The translations under genes were made by a program, and so were the position numbers. From contig CALJEQ010000012.1 in NCBI GenBank assembly GCA_938074565.1, positions 13,247 through 77,246 on the forward strand: DNA of 64,000 nt, read 5' to 3'. How positions within the stretch are numbered: the stretch's first letter is position 1; every line of letters begins with the position of its first letter. Below, in pieces: positions 54,264-63,365 of the stretch. Origin of the DNA: an uncultured Alkaliphilus sp. (GTDB lineage: Bacteria > Bacillota > Clostridia > Peptostreptococcales > Natronincolaceae). The notes beneath the pieces were generated by a model. The model ran no database searches. It saw nothing but the letters and a program-made list of their open reading frames with translations, and had not been told where the DNA came from.

Positions 54264-54810
54264 TCAACATCCCTACTTTATTTATAGTTTTTATTGCTTC
54301 TTCAAATTCTTCCTTTGTTACTCCATAGTTATTAAGACGATTTAGAAACTGTTTTGCATTCCCATAACCAATTCCTAAAATTTTACCTAATTGATCTCTT
54401 GCTTCTGATGCTCCATCATTACCTATTAGTCCATTTACAATTAAATCCCTCTGGCTAAATTCTTCCCTTTTTTCAACCGATTCACATCGAACCTTATTAA
54501 GGGCAGCTAATATACTTTTAGGTGTTGCATTTTCTATCCCTATGTCTCCATTTTTTGTTGCTTCTTCCTTTGGTAAGAATGCATGTTTACAACCTGGAAC
54601 CTTAGCAGAAATAGTCTTCCTTATTTTCTCCCCTGCGAAGTCGGGGTCAGTAAAAATAATAACACCTCTTTTTTTAACTGCTGTTTCCACCCTTTTTATT
54701 ACTGAAGGTGGCAGGGCAAATCCACCTGTAATAATTGTTTCTGCCTCTACAGCCCTTCTAATGGCTGTAACATCATCTTTTCCTTCAACTACAATAATTT
54801 CCTTAATCAT
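54256..54810 (-). CDS. rnmV: Ribonuclease M5 (Toprim domain)
   Basis: MIKEIIVVEGKDDVTAIRRAV...IIFTDPDFAGEKIR. The start is set at the ATG at 54810 (AAAGGAGGA upstream). It overlaps the rsmA start by 8 nt. Confidence 0.85.
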   Translation of the reverse strand: MIKEIIVVEGKDDVTAIRRAVEAETIITGGFALPPSVIKRVETAVKKRGVIIFTDPDFAGEKIRKTISAKVPGCKHAFLPKEEATKNGDIGIENATPKSILAALNKVRCESVEKREEFSQRDLIVNGLIGNDGASEARDQLGKILGIGYGNAKQFLNRLNNYGVTKEEFEEAIKTINKVGMLNG

Positions 54811-54922
54811 TGGTCCTCCTTTAATCATACACCTTATTCCTAGTATTAAATTTTGTTTCCACCAATAGTATACCATGATTTACCTATCTTCATAACTTTA
54901 ATCAGCAAAGAAACTTGATAAT

Positions 54923-54956
54923 AAAAATAGATCAGAGAAAACTCTGATCTATTTTT
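54923..54956 (-). terminator. Intrinsic terminator after yabE
   Basis: The hairpin is aaaaatagatcagag-aaaa-ctctgatctattttt. Confidence 0.75.
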
Positions 54957-54996
54957 ATTATTAAAGTAGTCAACAATCAAATATAGACTAACTATA

Positions 54997-56031
54997 TTAT
55001 TCTAATATATATACTCTTACTTTTCTTTTTCCATAACGTAATGCAGCACTTCTATTCTCGAAGTATAGGTCAACACGGTTTCCCTTTATGGCACTTCCAG
55101 TATCTTCTGCACTGGCATACCCATAACTTGTAGTACCATCTAAAGACTCAATGTACAGCTTTGTTCCTAAGGGTATTACCTTTGGATCAACCGCAACAAC
55201 TCCAGGTCTTACCTGTGTTCCACTGCTGGTTATGCCATAATATTTATCCCCTGGTTTTTTCCCTGTACTTTCAACCCCTGCATCATAGGCAGAAGCCTCC
55301 ATAGTGAAGACCTTTTTATATCGGGCAACATCTCCCCTTGATGTAACCAAGAAAGTTAATGTTCCCTTTTCAACAACCTCATTTACGGCCTTTTCATGAA
55401 CAACTACATCTACTACTTCTCTTTCAACTTCAATTCCATCTTCATAAGTTAATTTATACTTAACTTCCTTTAAACCAGCCTTGCCTTCTTGAACAACCTT
55501 TGTTTTTCCTTGTTCCAGTGTATCATTATATTTAATGACAGATTCAAAAGGTATTTTTTGTTCCTCAACAAGATAATCCTCAACAACTCTTGTTATAGTA
55601 ACTACTTCTCCCCCACTTAATAAAGTACCTAAGGAAGGTTCAACTTTATCTAAGTTTTTGACTTCAATATCTAATGATTTAATCAGATCTTCTACTGTAG
55701 CTTCCGCTGTTTTTACTACTTTTTCTTCGCCACCATCCACCAAATGTATTTCAAAGGACCTATGGATGGTAATCACTGTTCCGTCTGTTATTTTATCTTG
55801 TAATTTTGGAATGACCTTATCTTCTACTTCAACTTCTATTCCCTGTTTTTCCAATATTGATTCAACAGTATTAGAAAATGTTTTTACTTCAACTTCTTGA
55901 CCATCATGGACTATTACAACTGTCTTTTGTAATGATATGTAGGTTACCCCCATAATCAAACAAAATAACGTAATCGAGGCAATTAAGATTTTAACATTTA
56001 AAAATCCCTTATTGCTCAGGTTACTTTTCAT
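54997..56031 (-). CDS. yabE: YabE-like cell-wall protein (DUF348 repeats, G5 domain and 3D/RlpA-like domain)
   Basis: It has a TM anchor and DUF348-like repeats (VIVHDGQEVEVKTFSNTVESIL, IHLVDGGEEKVVKTAEATVEDLI). The G5 region is VVQEGKAGLKEVKYKLTYEDG. The C-terminal 3D domain is VAVDPKVIPLGTKLYIE..GYASAEDTGSAIKGNRVDLYF. The start is at the ATG at 56031 (GGAGGAAG upstream). Confidence 0.85.
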   Translation of the reverse strand: MKSNLSNKGFLNVKILIASITLFCLIMGVTYISLQKTVVIVHDGQEVEVKTFSNTVESILEKQGIEVEVEDKVIPKLQDKITDGTVITIHRSFEIHLVDGGEEKVVKTAEATVEDLIKSLDIEVKNLDKVEPSLGTLLSGGEVVTITRVVEDYLVEEQKIPFESVIKYNDTLEQGKTKVVQEGKAGLKEVKYKLTYEDGIEVEREVVDVVVHEKAVNEVVEKGTLTFLVTSRGDVARYKKVFTMEASAYDAGVESTGKKPGDKYYGITSSGTQVRPGVVAVDPKVIPLGTKLYIESLDGTTSYGYASAEDTGSAIKGNRVDLYFENRSAALRYGKRKVRVYILE

Positions 56032-56155
56032 TATACTTCCTCCTGTTCTCCTTATAACAAAATCATTAAACATAAATTTTGTTATTTACTTTTTAAATTA
56101 GAGTATTCTCTAACTTTACTTTCCGAGTCTAGTTGGAAAGAAACTTCATCTTACC

Positions 56156-56183
56156 ATTTTACCTCATTCAGAAAATTTGTCAA
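56156..56183 (-). promoter_or_regulatory. Sigma-A promoter candidate for yabE
   Basis: On the minus strand: TTGACA (56183-56178), a 16-nt spacer, then TAAAAT (56161-56156). Confidence 0.45.
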
Positions 56184-56443
56184 CTTTTTTTACATAAATT
56201 GGAATTAATTTTTTATCCATTTTTATTTTTTCCACTTATTATCAATTATATTCATTTTTGTTAGTTATTATTACTTCCTTGTTATTATTGTCGATTTCCT
56301 GGGAAATATATCATTTTATATTACTTTACTCATAGAAATTATTGGTATATTAAGTTATATTTACAACATACTAATAAAGTTGATATAATTAAGTTAATGT
56401 ATTCTAATTCTACTTAAAATAACAATTAATTTTGGAGGTGCTT

Positions 56444-57754
56444 ATGAAACTAAAAAGAGTATTACTGCTAAGCCTTTCTGTTATAATGTTTATGTTCTTT
56501 GTTTCGTTTATATCCTTCGGTAACTCTTATACTCCTGTGTCAATAAAGATATTTCTTAACCAAAAACAATTAGTATTTGATGTACCACCTATAAATATTG
56601 ATAATAGAATTCTTGTACCTGTGGGATCTATTTTGAGATCTATGGGAGCAGATGTTTTATGGGATAGTTCAAAAAAACTTGTCACTGCATCAAAAGGAGA
56701 CTTAACCGTCATTATTCCCATTAACAGCAATACAGCCGTTAGAAATAATACATCTGTTAAATTAGATGTGCCTGCAAAAATTATTAGTGGACGTACCTTC
56801 GTTCCCTTTAGGTTTCTTTCTGAAAGTTTAGGTGCTAAAGTCCACTATGATAGTATTAATAAATCAATATTTATAACCAGTGAAGAAAATTCTTTTTCCT
56901 TTAAGGGACTTAGTTTAGGTTCCTCTTTAGAAGAGGTTTCTAAGGTGTTGGGTAAACCTAAACGTATTGATATAAGTGAGTATGACTTTAAATGGTATAT
57001 CTACCATGATAATTATAAAAATTATGTTCAAGTAGGTATACGAAATAATATTGTTGTTGCCATTTATAGCAACAACCCTCTATGGGTCAATGAAAATGGT
57101 ATTAATGTTGGGTCTAGCAAAAAAGCCGTAGCTTCCTCACTAACCAAACCTTTAGATAAGATTTTGAAGGGAAACATTTACTATTCGCTTGCCCGTTTTA
57201 AAGATGGTGAAGAATATCAAGTACATCAATTAGATAATTCTTACTTAACTATCTTTTATGATCTTCATCGTAACCATCAGGTAACTGCTCTACAAATAGT
57301 AGATAAGAGTATTGAAGAAAAATATCGTAGACATTTGAATACTTCCACCGAGCTAAAAAAAGCCTATGAGAGACAGGTTTTTGACTTAGCCAATGCCCTA
57401 AGAGTACGGGAAGGTCTACAACCTTTTATATGGTGTGATTTAGCATCAATATCTGCTGAAAAACATAGTAAGGATATGGCTATTAATAAATATTTTAATC
57501 ATAATAGTTTAGAAGGTATAAGTCCCTTTGATCGAATGAAAAAAGAAGGAATTACTTATCGTTTGGCAGGAGAAAACATTGCAGCAGGTCAACAAAATGC
57601 CATATTTGCCCACGAAGGATGGTTAAATTCATTTACTGGGCATCGGGAAGCCATCATGGGTAGATACCAAAGATTAGGTGTTGGTGTTTGGTTTGGAGAC
57701 GATAAAGCAGAGTATAATAATTATTATACACAAAATTTTTATACTCCTTTTTAA
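56444..57754 (+). CDS. Secreted protein with a copper-amine-oxidase-like stalk domain and a C-terminal CAP/SCP (YkwD-like) domain
   Basis: The ATG at 56444 has GGAGGTG upstream; the track uses a TTG 4 codons earlier. It has a signal/TM segment, a stalk domain (LVFDVPPINIDNRILVPVGSILRSMGADVLWD...GRTFVPFRFLSESLGAKVHYD) and a CAP domain (AEKHSKDMAINKYFNHNS...GENIAAGQQNAIFAHEGWLNSFTGHREAIM). Confidence 0.8.
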   Translation: MKLKRVLLLSLSVIMFMFFVSFISFGNSYTPVSIKIFLNQKQLVFDVPPINIDNRILVPVGSILRSMGADVLWDSSKKLVTASKGDLTVIIPINSNTAVRNNTSVKLDVPAKIISGRTFVPFRFLSESLGAKVHYDSINKSIFITSEENSFSFKGLSLGSSLEEVSKVLGKPKRIDISEYDFKWYIYHDNYKNYVQVGIRNNIVVAIYSNNPLWVNENGINVGSSKKAVASSLTKPLDKILKGNIYYSLARFKDGEEYQVHQLDNSYLTIFYDLHRNHQVTALQIVDKSIEEKYRRHLNTSTELKKAYERQVFDLANALRVREGLQPFIWCDLASISAEKHSKDMAINKYFNHNSLEGISPFDRMKKEGITYRLAGENIAAGQQNAIFAHEGWLNSFTGHREAIMGRYQRLGVGVWFGDDKAEYNNYYTQNFYTPF

Positions 57755-57766
57755 TTTAAAATCTAA

Positions 57767-57794
57767 AGCCCAGCGAAACATCGCTGGGCTATTT
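57767..57794. terminator. Bidirectional terminator between convergent CAP-domain and HD-GYP genes
   Basis: The hairpin is aAGCCCAGCGaaacatCGCTGGGCTatttt. Confidence 0.75.
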
Positions 57795-58948
57795 TAAACA
57801 AAGTCTACTATTTGTATAGATGAATTTTTAGGACTACATAGGTCTAGTAAATCTCCAGTTTCTTCTAACTTAACAACAGGGCGATATATGTTTTGCTTAG
57901 CCACATAAACAATTTCTGCTATTCTCTCATCATTTAGTTTTACGTTTTGTCCAATAAAACAATTTCCGATACGATTTAAGAAAACATAAAGAATTTTTGA
58001 ATCTAACTTATTAACATACTCTGTTTCTAATATCTTTATAGCTTCAAAAGGTGATTTTTTACTGCGATAAGGTCGATGGGAAGTTAAAGCATTGTATACA
58101 TCAGCAATGGCAATAATCTTCGCCATTAAAGGTATTTTATCCCCCTTCAAACCCATAGGGTATCCAGTTCCGTCCATTCTTTCATGGTGCAGTAAAACAG
58201 CTTGTTTAATATCTTCACTGATAAAGTCATACTTTTTAATCATATCATGGCTATATATAGCATGTTTTTGACATTCCAATAATTCGTCATTGTTAATTTT
58301 CTGTGCTTTATTAAGTATATTACTAGGTATCTTCATTTTCCCTATATCTATTAACATAGCACAAATCACTAAAGATTGCAGTACATCTTCTTTTAGTCCT
58401 AACCATTTACCAATGGAATGACTAATTACCATTACATTTTGACTATGGGCATAAGTGACATCGTCTAAGTCCTTCATTTTTTCCAATAATTGAAAAACAT
58501 TTATACTTCCTTTAAAACTTTGTAAAGTTTTATCAATATTGTTTTTAATTTGATCTTTAGTTACCCCATTACCCTTTAATATTACATCAAAATCTTTTCG
58601 GATACTCTTCTGGTTAACTATAAACTCTTGTCTAAAGGAAGCAATTTCTTCTTCTCTTCTAATTTCGTTTAAATGTTTCTCAACTTTAGAAAAATCTCCA
58701 CTTTCCTCTATTTCGCTAAAATCTATTATTTCAGTTTCTTCTACTGCTTCTTCTACTACTTTAACTTTAACAAACATAATATTATGTTGTTGCAGTATAT
58801 TTTTTATTTTATCCAAATCAACTACTTCAGTGTTGGCTGGAATTAAAACGTTCCCAAATTTATTAATAACATCATCAAATATTTCCATTCCCTTTAATAA
58901 TTTACCTACAGCAACTTCTTTGTATTCCCTCTTTAATAAACCTGTCAC
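57794..58948 (-). CDS. HD-GYP domain protein (c-di-GMP phosphodiesterase family) with a non-canonical N-terminal domain
   Basis: The HD motif region is YAHSQNVMVISHSIG...MLIDIGK. The HHE...GYP signature is LLHHERMDGTGYPMGLKG. Confidence 0.85.
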   Translation of the reverse strand: MTGLLKREYKEVAVGKLLKGMEIFDDVINKFGNVLIPANTEVVDLDKIKNILQQHNIMFVKVKVVEEAVEETEIIDFSEIEESGDFSKVEKHLNEIRREEEIASFRQEFIVNQKSIRKDFDVILKGNGVTKDQIKNNIDKTLQSFKGSINVFQLLEKMKDLDDVTYAHSQNVMVISHSIGKWLGLKEDVLQSLVICAMLIDIGKMKIPSNILNKAQKINNDELLECQKHAIYSHDMIKKYDFISEDIKQAVLLHHERMDGTGYPMGLKGDKIPLMAKIIAIADVYNALTSHRPYRSKKSPFEAIKILETEYVNKLDSKILYVFLNRIGNCFIGQNVKLNDERIAEIVYVAKQNIYRPVVKLEETGDLLDLCSPKNSSIQIVDFV

Positions 58949-59018
58949 CTATCATCAACCCCTTTAGCTAATTCAGCATAGTCTTATATTATATTTTCGG
59001 CATATTTCGACTATAATT

Positions 59019-59786
59019 TTAGAGTATTCTAAAAAGTTTTTTTGCGTTTATAGAGGTTTGATATGCTACCTCCTCTAAAGTCATTCCTTTCGCCTCTGCA
59101 ATAGCCTCTGCCACATATTTAACATAAGCAGGTTGATTACGCTTTCCACGAAAAGGTACGGGTGTTAAGTAAGGGCAATCAGTCTCCACCAACAACCATT
59201 CCAGTGGAATTTCCCTAGCTACCTCATGGGTTTTTTTCGCATTTGTAAAGGTTAGAGGACCAGCAAGGGAAATATATATCCCTCTTTTTATATATTCCTT
59301 TGCCAGTTCTACACTACCAGAGTAACAATGCATTACACATCCTATATCTCCTACATTATACTGATTTAAAATATTAAAGGTTTCTTGATTTGCATCTCGA
59401 TCATGTACAATTATTGGTAAGTTAACTTCTTTAGCCATTTCTATCTGTCTTTTAAACCATTTCCGTTGATCCTCTTTGGGGGAATGATTATAATAGTAAT
59501 CTAGCCCTATTTCTCCAATAGCTACTACTTTTTCTTTATTAGAAAGAGAACGTAGAATTTGCAAGGTATCTTCATCCATATCTTTTACATCATGGGGATG
59601 AATACCCACTGCCGCATAAATCATGTCATGTTTTTCTGCTAAATTAACAGCTTTAACCGAGGAAGATAAATCTGCACCAGGGTTTAAAATATACTGTAAA
59701 CCATTTTCTTTGGCAGCCTTAATAATTTCATCCCGATCATTGTCAAACCGAGAATCATCTAAATGGGCGTGACTATCAAATAACAT
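59019..59786 (-). CDS. tatD: TatD-family metal-dependent hydrolase (YabD)
   Basis: MLFDSHAHLDD...IGEIGLDYYY...HCYSG...ETDCPYL. The position next to metG matches the B. subtilis cluster. Confidence 0.9.
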   Translation of the reverse strand: MLFDSHAHLDDSRFDNDRDEIIKAAKENGLQYILNPGADLSSSVKAVNLAEKHDMIYAAVGIHPHDVKDMDEDTLQILRSLSNKEKVVAIGEIGLDYYYNHSPKEDQRKWFKRQIEMAKEVNLPIIVHDRDANQETFNILNQYNVGDIGCVMHCYSGSVELAKEYIKRGIYISLAGPLTFTNAKKTHEVAREIPLEWLLVETDCPYLTPVPFRGKRNQPAYVKYVAEAIAEAKGMTLEEVAYQTSINAKKLFRIL

Positions 59787-59798
59787 CTTTATCCCCTC

Positions 59799-61763
59799 CT
59801 AGCTTATTGGTGTACCACTTGGCATATCTCCATCAAGAGTTCCTAATACTAATTTTTCATCATTTGAAGCTGCTAATATCATACCTTGAGACTCTACACC
59901 CCTTAACTTAACAGGCTTTAAATTAGCCACTAGAATAACAGTTTTACCTACTATAGTTTCTGGAGAATAGTGGGATGCAATACCTGAAACCACCTGTCTT
60001 ATTTCATCACCTAATTGCACCTGCAAAACTAATAAGCGATCTGCCTTTGGATGTTTTTCTGCCTTAATAACTTTAACTGCCCTTAAATCTAGTTTACTAA
60101 AATCATCTATAGTTATTTCTGTTTTAAGAGGTTCTTCTTTCTTTTCCACCTTAGCCTTTTTCTCTTCACTTTTCTTGTTGTCCTCATCTACTTTTTGCAT
60201 TTCAAGTTCAATTTCTTTTAGCTTCTTTTCTACATCAATTCGGGCAAAAAGTATTTCAGGTTGATTTACCTTTCCACCCACTTTAATACCATTAAACTCA
60301 GCTAAGGTTTCCCATCCTGTTTCAGTGGTATTTAACTGTTTAAAGATAGCCTCCGCTGTTTGGGGTAAAAAGGAATGTAGCATTACGGCAGAAAATCTAA
60401 TTGTCTCTAATAGATTATATAAAACAGTTGCCAGCCTGTTCTTTTTCTCTTGATCTTTTCCTAAAACCCAAGGCATTGTTTCATCTATATATTTATTACT
60501 TCTTCTTAGTAGGGTAAATATTTCACTTATGGCATCAGAAACCTTTAATTGTTCCATTTTTTCCATAACTTTACTAGGGGTTTCCATAGCTAACCTAATT
60601 AATTCATCATCTACAAGTTCTCGGTCTACAGGTTGCTCTACAATTCCATCAAAATATTTATTAACCATTGTAATAGTACGGTTAATTAGATTTCCTAATA
60701 TATTTACAAGATCTGAATTAAAACGCTCTATCACTAAATCCCAAGTTATAGTTCCATCATAGGCAAAGGGCATTTCGTGTAATGAATAATATCTAACACC
60801 ATCAATACCAAAATGCCTTGCTAAATCATCTGCATAGATGGTATTTCCTTTAGATTTACTCATTTTCCCATCCCCTACTAACATCCACGGATGACCAAAT
60901 ACCTGCTTAGGTAGAGGTACATCAAGGGCCATTAATAGAATTGGCCAATATATGGTGTGGAATCTTAAAATATCTTTGCCTATTAAGTGTACATCAGCTG
61001 GCCAGTATTGATTATATTTTTCTCCATGGTTTCCGTCAACGTCATACCCAATTCCTGTAATATAATTAGATAACGCATCAATCCACACATATACCACATG
61101 TCTATCATCAAAAGTAACTGGAACTCCCCACTTAAAAGATGTTCTTGACACACATAAGTCTTGAAGTCCTGGTTTAAGGAAATTATTAATCATTTCATTT
61201 TTCCTAGACTCTGGTTGAATAAATTCAGGATTTTCTTCAATGTGCTTCATTAATCTATCTTGATATTTACTTAATTTTAAGAAATAGGCTTCTTCTTTTG
61301 CTTCTATAACTGGTCTTCCACAATCAGGACAATTTCCATCAACCAATTGAGACTCTGTCCAAAATGACTCACATGGAGTACAGTATTTTCCTTGGTACTC
61401 ACCTTTGTATATATCCCCTTGATCGTATAACTTCTTAAATATTTTTTGCACTTGCTTTTCATGGTCTTCATCAGTGGTTCTAATAAATTTATCATAACTG
61501 GTATTCATAAGATCAAATATTGATTTGATTTCTGAAGCTACCTCATCTACAAATTGCTTTGGGGTTTTTCCTGCTTCTGTAGCCTTTATTTCAATCTTTT
61601 CCCCATGTTCATCTGTTCCCGTCATAAAAAATACATCATACCCTTGTTGTCTCTTAAATCTTGCTATTGCATCGGCAAGAATAATCTCATATGTATTCCC
61701 TATATGAGGTTTTCCAGATGTATAGGCAATAGCGGTAGTAATATAATATGGTTTTTTACTCAT
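59799..61763 (-). CDS. metG: Methionine--tRNA ligase (with a C-terminal tRNA-binding EMAP/Trbp111-like domain)
   Basis: It has the HIGH motif (GKPHIGN), the KMSKS motif, a Zn knuckle (CTPCESF...CPDCG) and a C-terminal LDLRAVKVIKAEKHPKADRLLVLQV. The start is at the ATG at 61763 (AAGGAGGAAG upstream). Confidence 0.95.
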   Translation of the reverse strand: MSKKPYYITTAIAYTSGKPHIGNTYEIILADAIARFKRQQGYDVFFMTGTDEHGEKIEIKATEAGKTPKQFVDEVASEIKSIFDLMNTSYDKFIRTTDEDHEKQVQKIFKKLYDQGDIYKGEYQGKYCTPCESFWTESQLVDGNCPDCGRPVIEAKEEAYFLKLSKYQDRLMKHIEENPEFIQPESRKNEMINNFLKPGLQDLCVSRTSFKWGVPVTFDDRHVVYVWIDALSNYITGIGYDVDGNHGEKYNQYWPADVHLIGKDILRFHTIYWPILLMALDVPLPKQVFGHPWMLVGDGKMSKSKGNTIYADDLARHFGIDGVRYYSLHEMPFAYDGTITWDLVIERFNSDLVNILGNLINRTITMVNKYFDGIVEQPVDRELVDDELIRLAMETPSKVMEKMEQLKVSDAISEIFTLLRRSNKYIDETMPWVLGKDQEKKNRLATVLYNLLETIRFSAVMLHSFLPQTAEAIFKQLNTTETGWETLAEFNGIKVGGKVNQPEILFARIDVEKKLKEIELEMQKVDEDNKKSEEKKAKVEKKEEPLKTEITIDDFSKLDLRAVKVIKAEKHPKADRLLVLQVQLGDEIRQVVSGIASHYSPETIVGKTVILVANLKPVKLRGVESQGMILAASNDEKLVLGTLDGDMPSGTPIS

Positions 61764-61789
61764 TTTTTCTTCCTCCTTCGCCAAAAATA

Positions 61790-62050
61790 AAAAAACCCCG
61801 CCCCTAAATATAGGGACGAGGATTAGCTCGTGTTACCACCCTAGTTCATTATCGTCTTACAAACAATAAACTCGTTAAGTGAAGATCCTTCACTTTGCTT
61901 AGCTAACGGAAGCAACTCCGTTATGACCTTAGGCATTAATCCCTCAGCCATAAAGTTCAGGGGCCATCTTCAGAAAATTTTAACAGTGCCGGCTTTCACC
62001 TATCCCAGCTCTCTTTTAACTGTTTCTATTGTCCTACTCTTCCCATCATT
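61790..62050 (-). promoter_or_regulatory. T-box leader (Met specifier) controlling metG
   Basis: The minus strand shows stem I elements AGAGAG...GGTGAAAG and a specifier-loop ATG followed by G (61951-61949). The conserved T-box sequence AATGAACTAGGGTGGTAACACG is at 61850-61829. The terminator CCTCGTCCCTA-tatt-TAGGGGCGGGG with TTTTTT is at 61821-61788. Confidence 0.85.
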
Positions 62051-62134
62051 ACTTGTTTAAGTATTAATATAATATAGTATTATACTTCAATATATATAAT
62101 TATACATGATTTGTCAACTGATAAATTATTAATT

Positions 62135-62671
62135 TTAAAATTTACTAAACATTAAACTACAAACCAACACCGAAGCAATAACCGCCGCAAAGTGGGAAAT
62201 TAAAGCAGCCATCACAGTATGTCGAGACTTTTGCACCCCAATAGCACCAAAATAAACTGCCATAGTAAAAAAAATAGTCTCTGCCGAACCCATCATGGTG
62301 GAACTTACCCGACCGATAAAAGAATCTGCTCCATAAGTTTGTAGAATGTCTTTTAAAATACCTAAAGATCCACTGCCAGAAAAAGGTCTCATTAGTGCCA
62401 AAGGCAACACCTCTGGGGGAATTCCTAAAAATTGTGTTATCGGTGCTAATAGATTAACCACCAGTTCCATTCCACCAGATTTTCTTAATAGTCCTATTGC
62501 TAAAAAAATAGCTATTAAATAAGGCATAATTCTAACTGCTGTTTTAAACCCCTCTTCTGCCCCTTCCACAAAAGCATCATATAAATTTACTTTTTTTATA
62601 AATCCATGAACCAATATTGCACTCATCATAATGGGAATTGCCATTACCGATATTATACGCAAAACTTCCAT
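62135..62671 (-). CDS. spmB: Spore maturation protein B (nucleoside-recognition domain membrane protein)
   Basis: 178-aa polytopic protein paired with spmA through a 1-nt overlap. Confidence 0.8.
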   Translation of the reverse strand: MEVLRIISVMAIPIMMSAILVHGFIKKVNLYDAFVEGAEEGFKTAVRIMPYLIAIFLAIGLLRKSGGMELVVNLLAPITQFLGIPPEVLPLALMRPFSGSGSLGILKDILQTYGADSFIGRVSSTMMGSAETIFFTMAVYFGAIGVQKSRHTVMAALISHFAAVIASVLVCSLMFSKF

Positions 62672-63246
62672 TAATTTTCTCTCCCCTCTAATATTTTACA
62701 CACAGTTATTCCCACAAGGGTTGACACCGTTGAAGCTAAGAGAGAAGTGATTATCACTTCCGATGGAAGGGCTGAACCTGCATCTGCCCGTACTTTAAGT
62801 ACAGTTAATGGTATTAATTGAATTGAAGACATATTAATAACTAAAAACATACACATGGCATTGGTGGCAGTCTTCTTATTACGGTTAATGCCCTGTAACT
62901 CTTCCATTGCCTTTAGTCCCAATGCAGTGGCAGAATTACCAGCTCCAAACATATTAGCCACCATGTTCATTACAATTGCACTGATGGCAGGATGGTTTTC
63001 TGGTATTGAAGGGAAAAGAAATTTTGTAAAGGGCCTCATTCCCTTTGCAAAAACCTTCATTAACCCCGAACGGTTGGCAATATTCATTAACCCCAGCCAA
63101 ACTGCCATGATCCCCGTTAGTCCAATAGCAAACATAACTGCCTCTTGAACATCTGTAAGTAATACTTCATTAATTATTTCTGCCCTGCCTGTTATAACTG
63201 CCATTACCATTCCAAATAAAATCATAATAAACCATATTTTATTCAT
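62671..63246 (-). CDS. spmA: Spore maturation protein A
   Basis: MNKIWFIMILFGMVMAVITGR...FAKGMRPFTKFLFP is typical of the SpmA/nucleoside-recognition family. Confidence 0.8.
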   Translation of the reverse strand: MNKIWFIMILFGMVMAVITGRAEIINEVLLTDVQEAVMFAIGLTGIMAVWLGLMNIANRSGLMKVFAKGMRPFTKFLFPSIPENHPAISAIVMNMVANMFGAGNSATALGLKAMEELQGINRNKKTATNAMCMFLVINMSSIQLIPLTVLKVRADAGSALPSEVIITSLLASTVSTLVGITVCKILEGREN

Positions 63247-63365
63247 TTACATCCCCCAATCAACTAAGCTATTTTAATAACAATTAAATTTGTAGTTAAT
63301 CTTTATAAATTTTGTTATAATATATTTTAATAAAATAAACGATCTTTTTAAGAAAGGACTTTATA

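Noticed and set aside
56074-56431. Searched the long yabE upstream region for a ydaO-type (c-di-AMP) riboswitch, which often precedes cell-wall hydrolase/3D-domain genes
   Set aside because: The likely promoter lies only ~125 nt upstream of the start. The leader is AT-rich, with none of the conserved GC-rich pseudo-symmetric ydaO elements.
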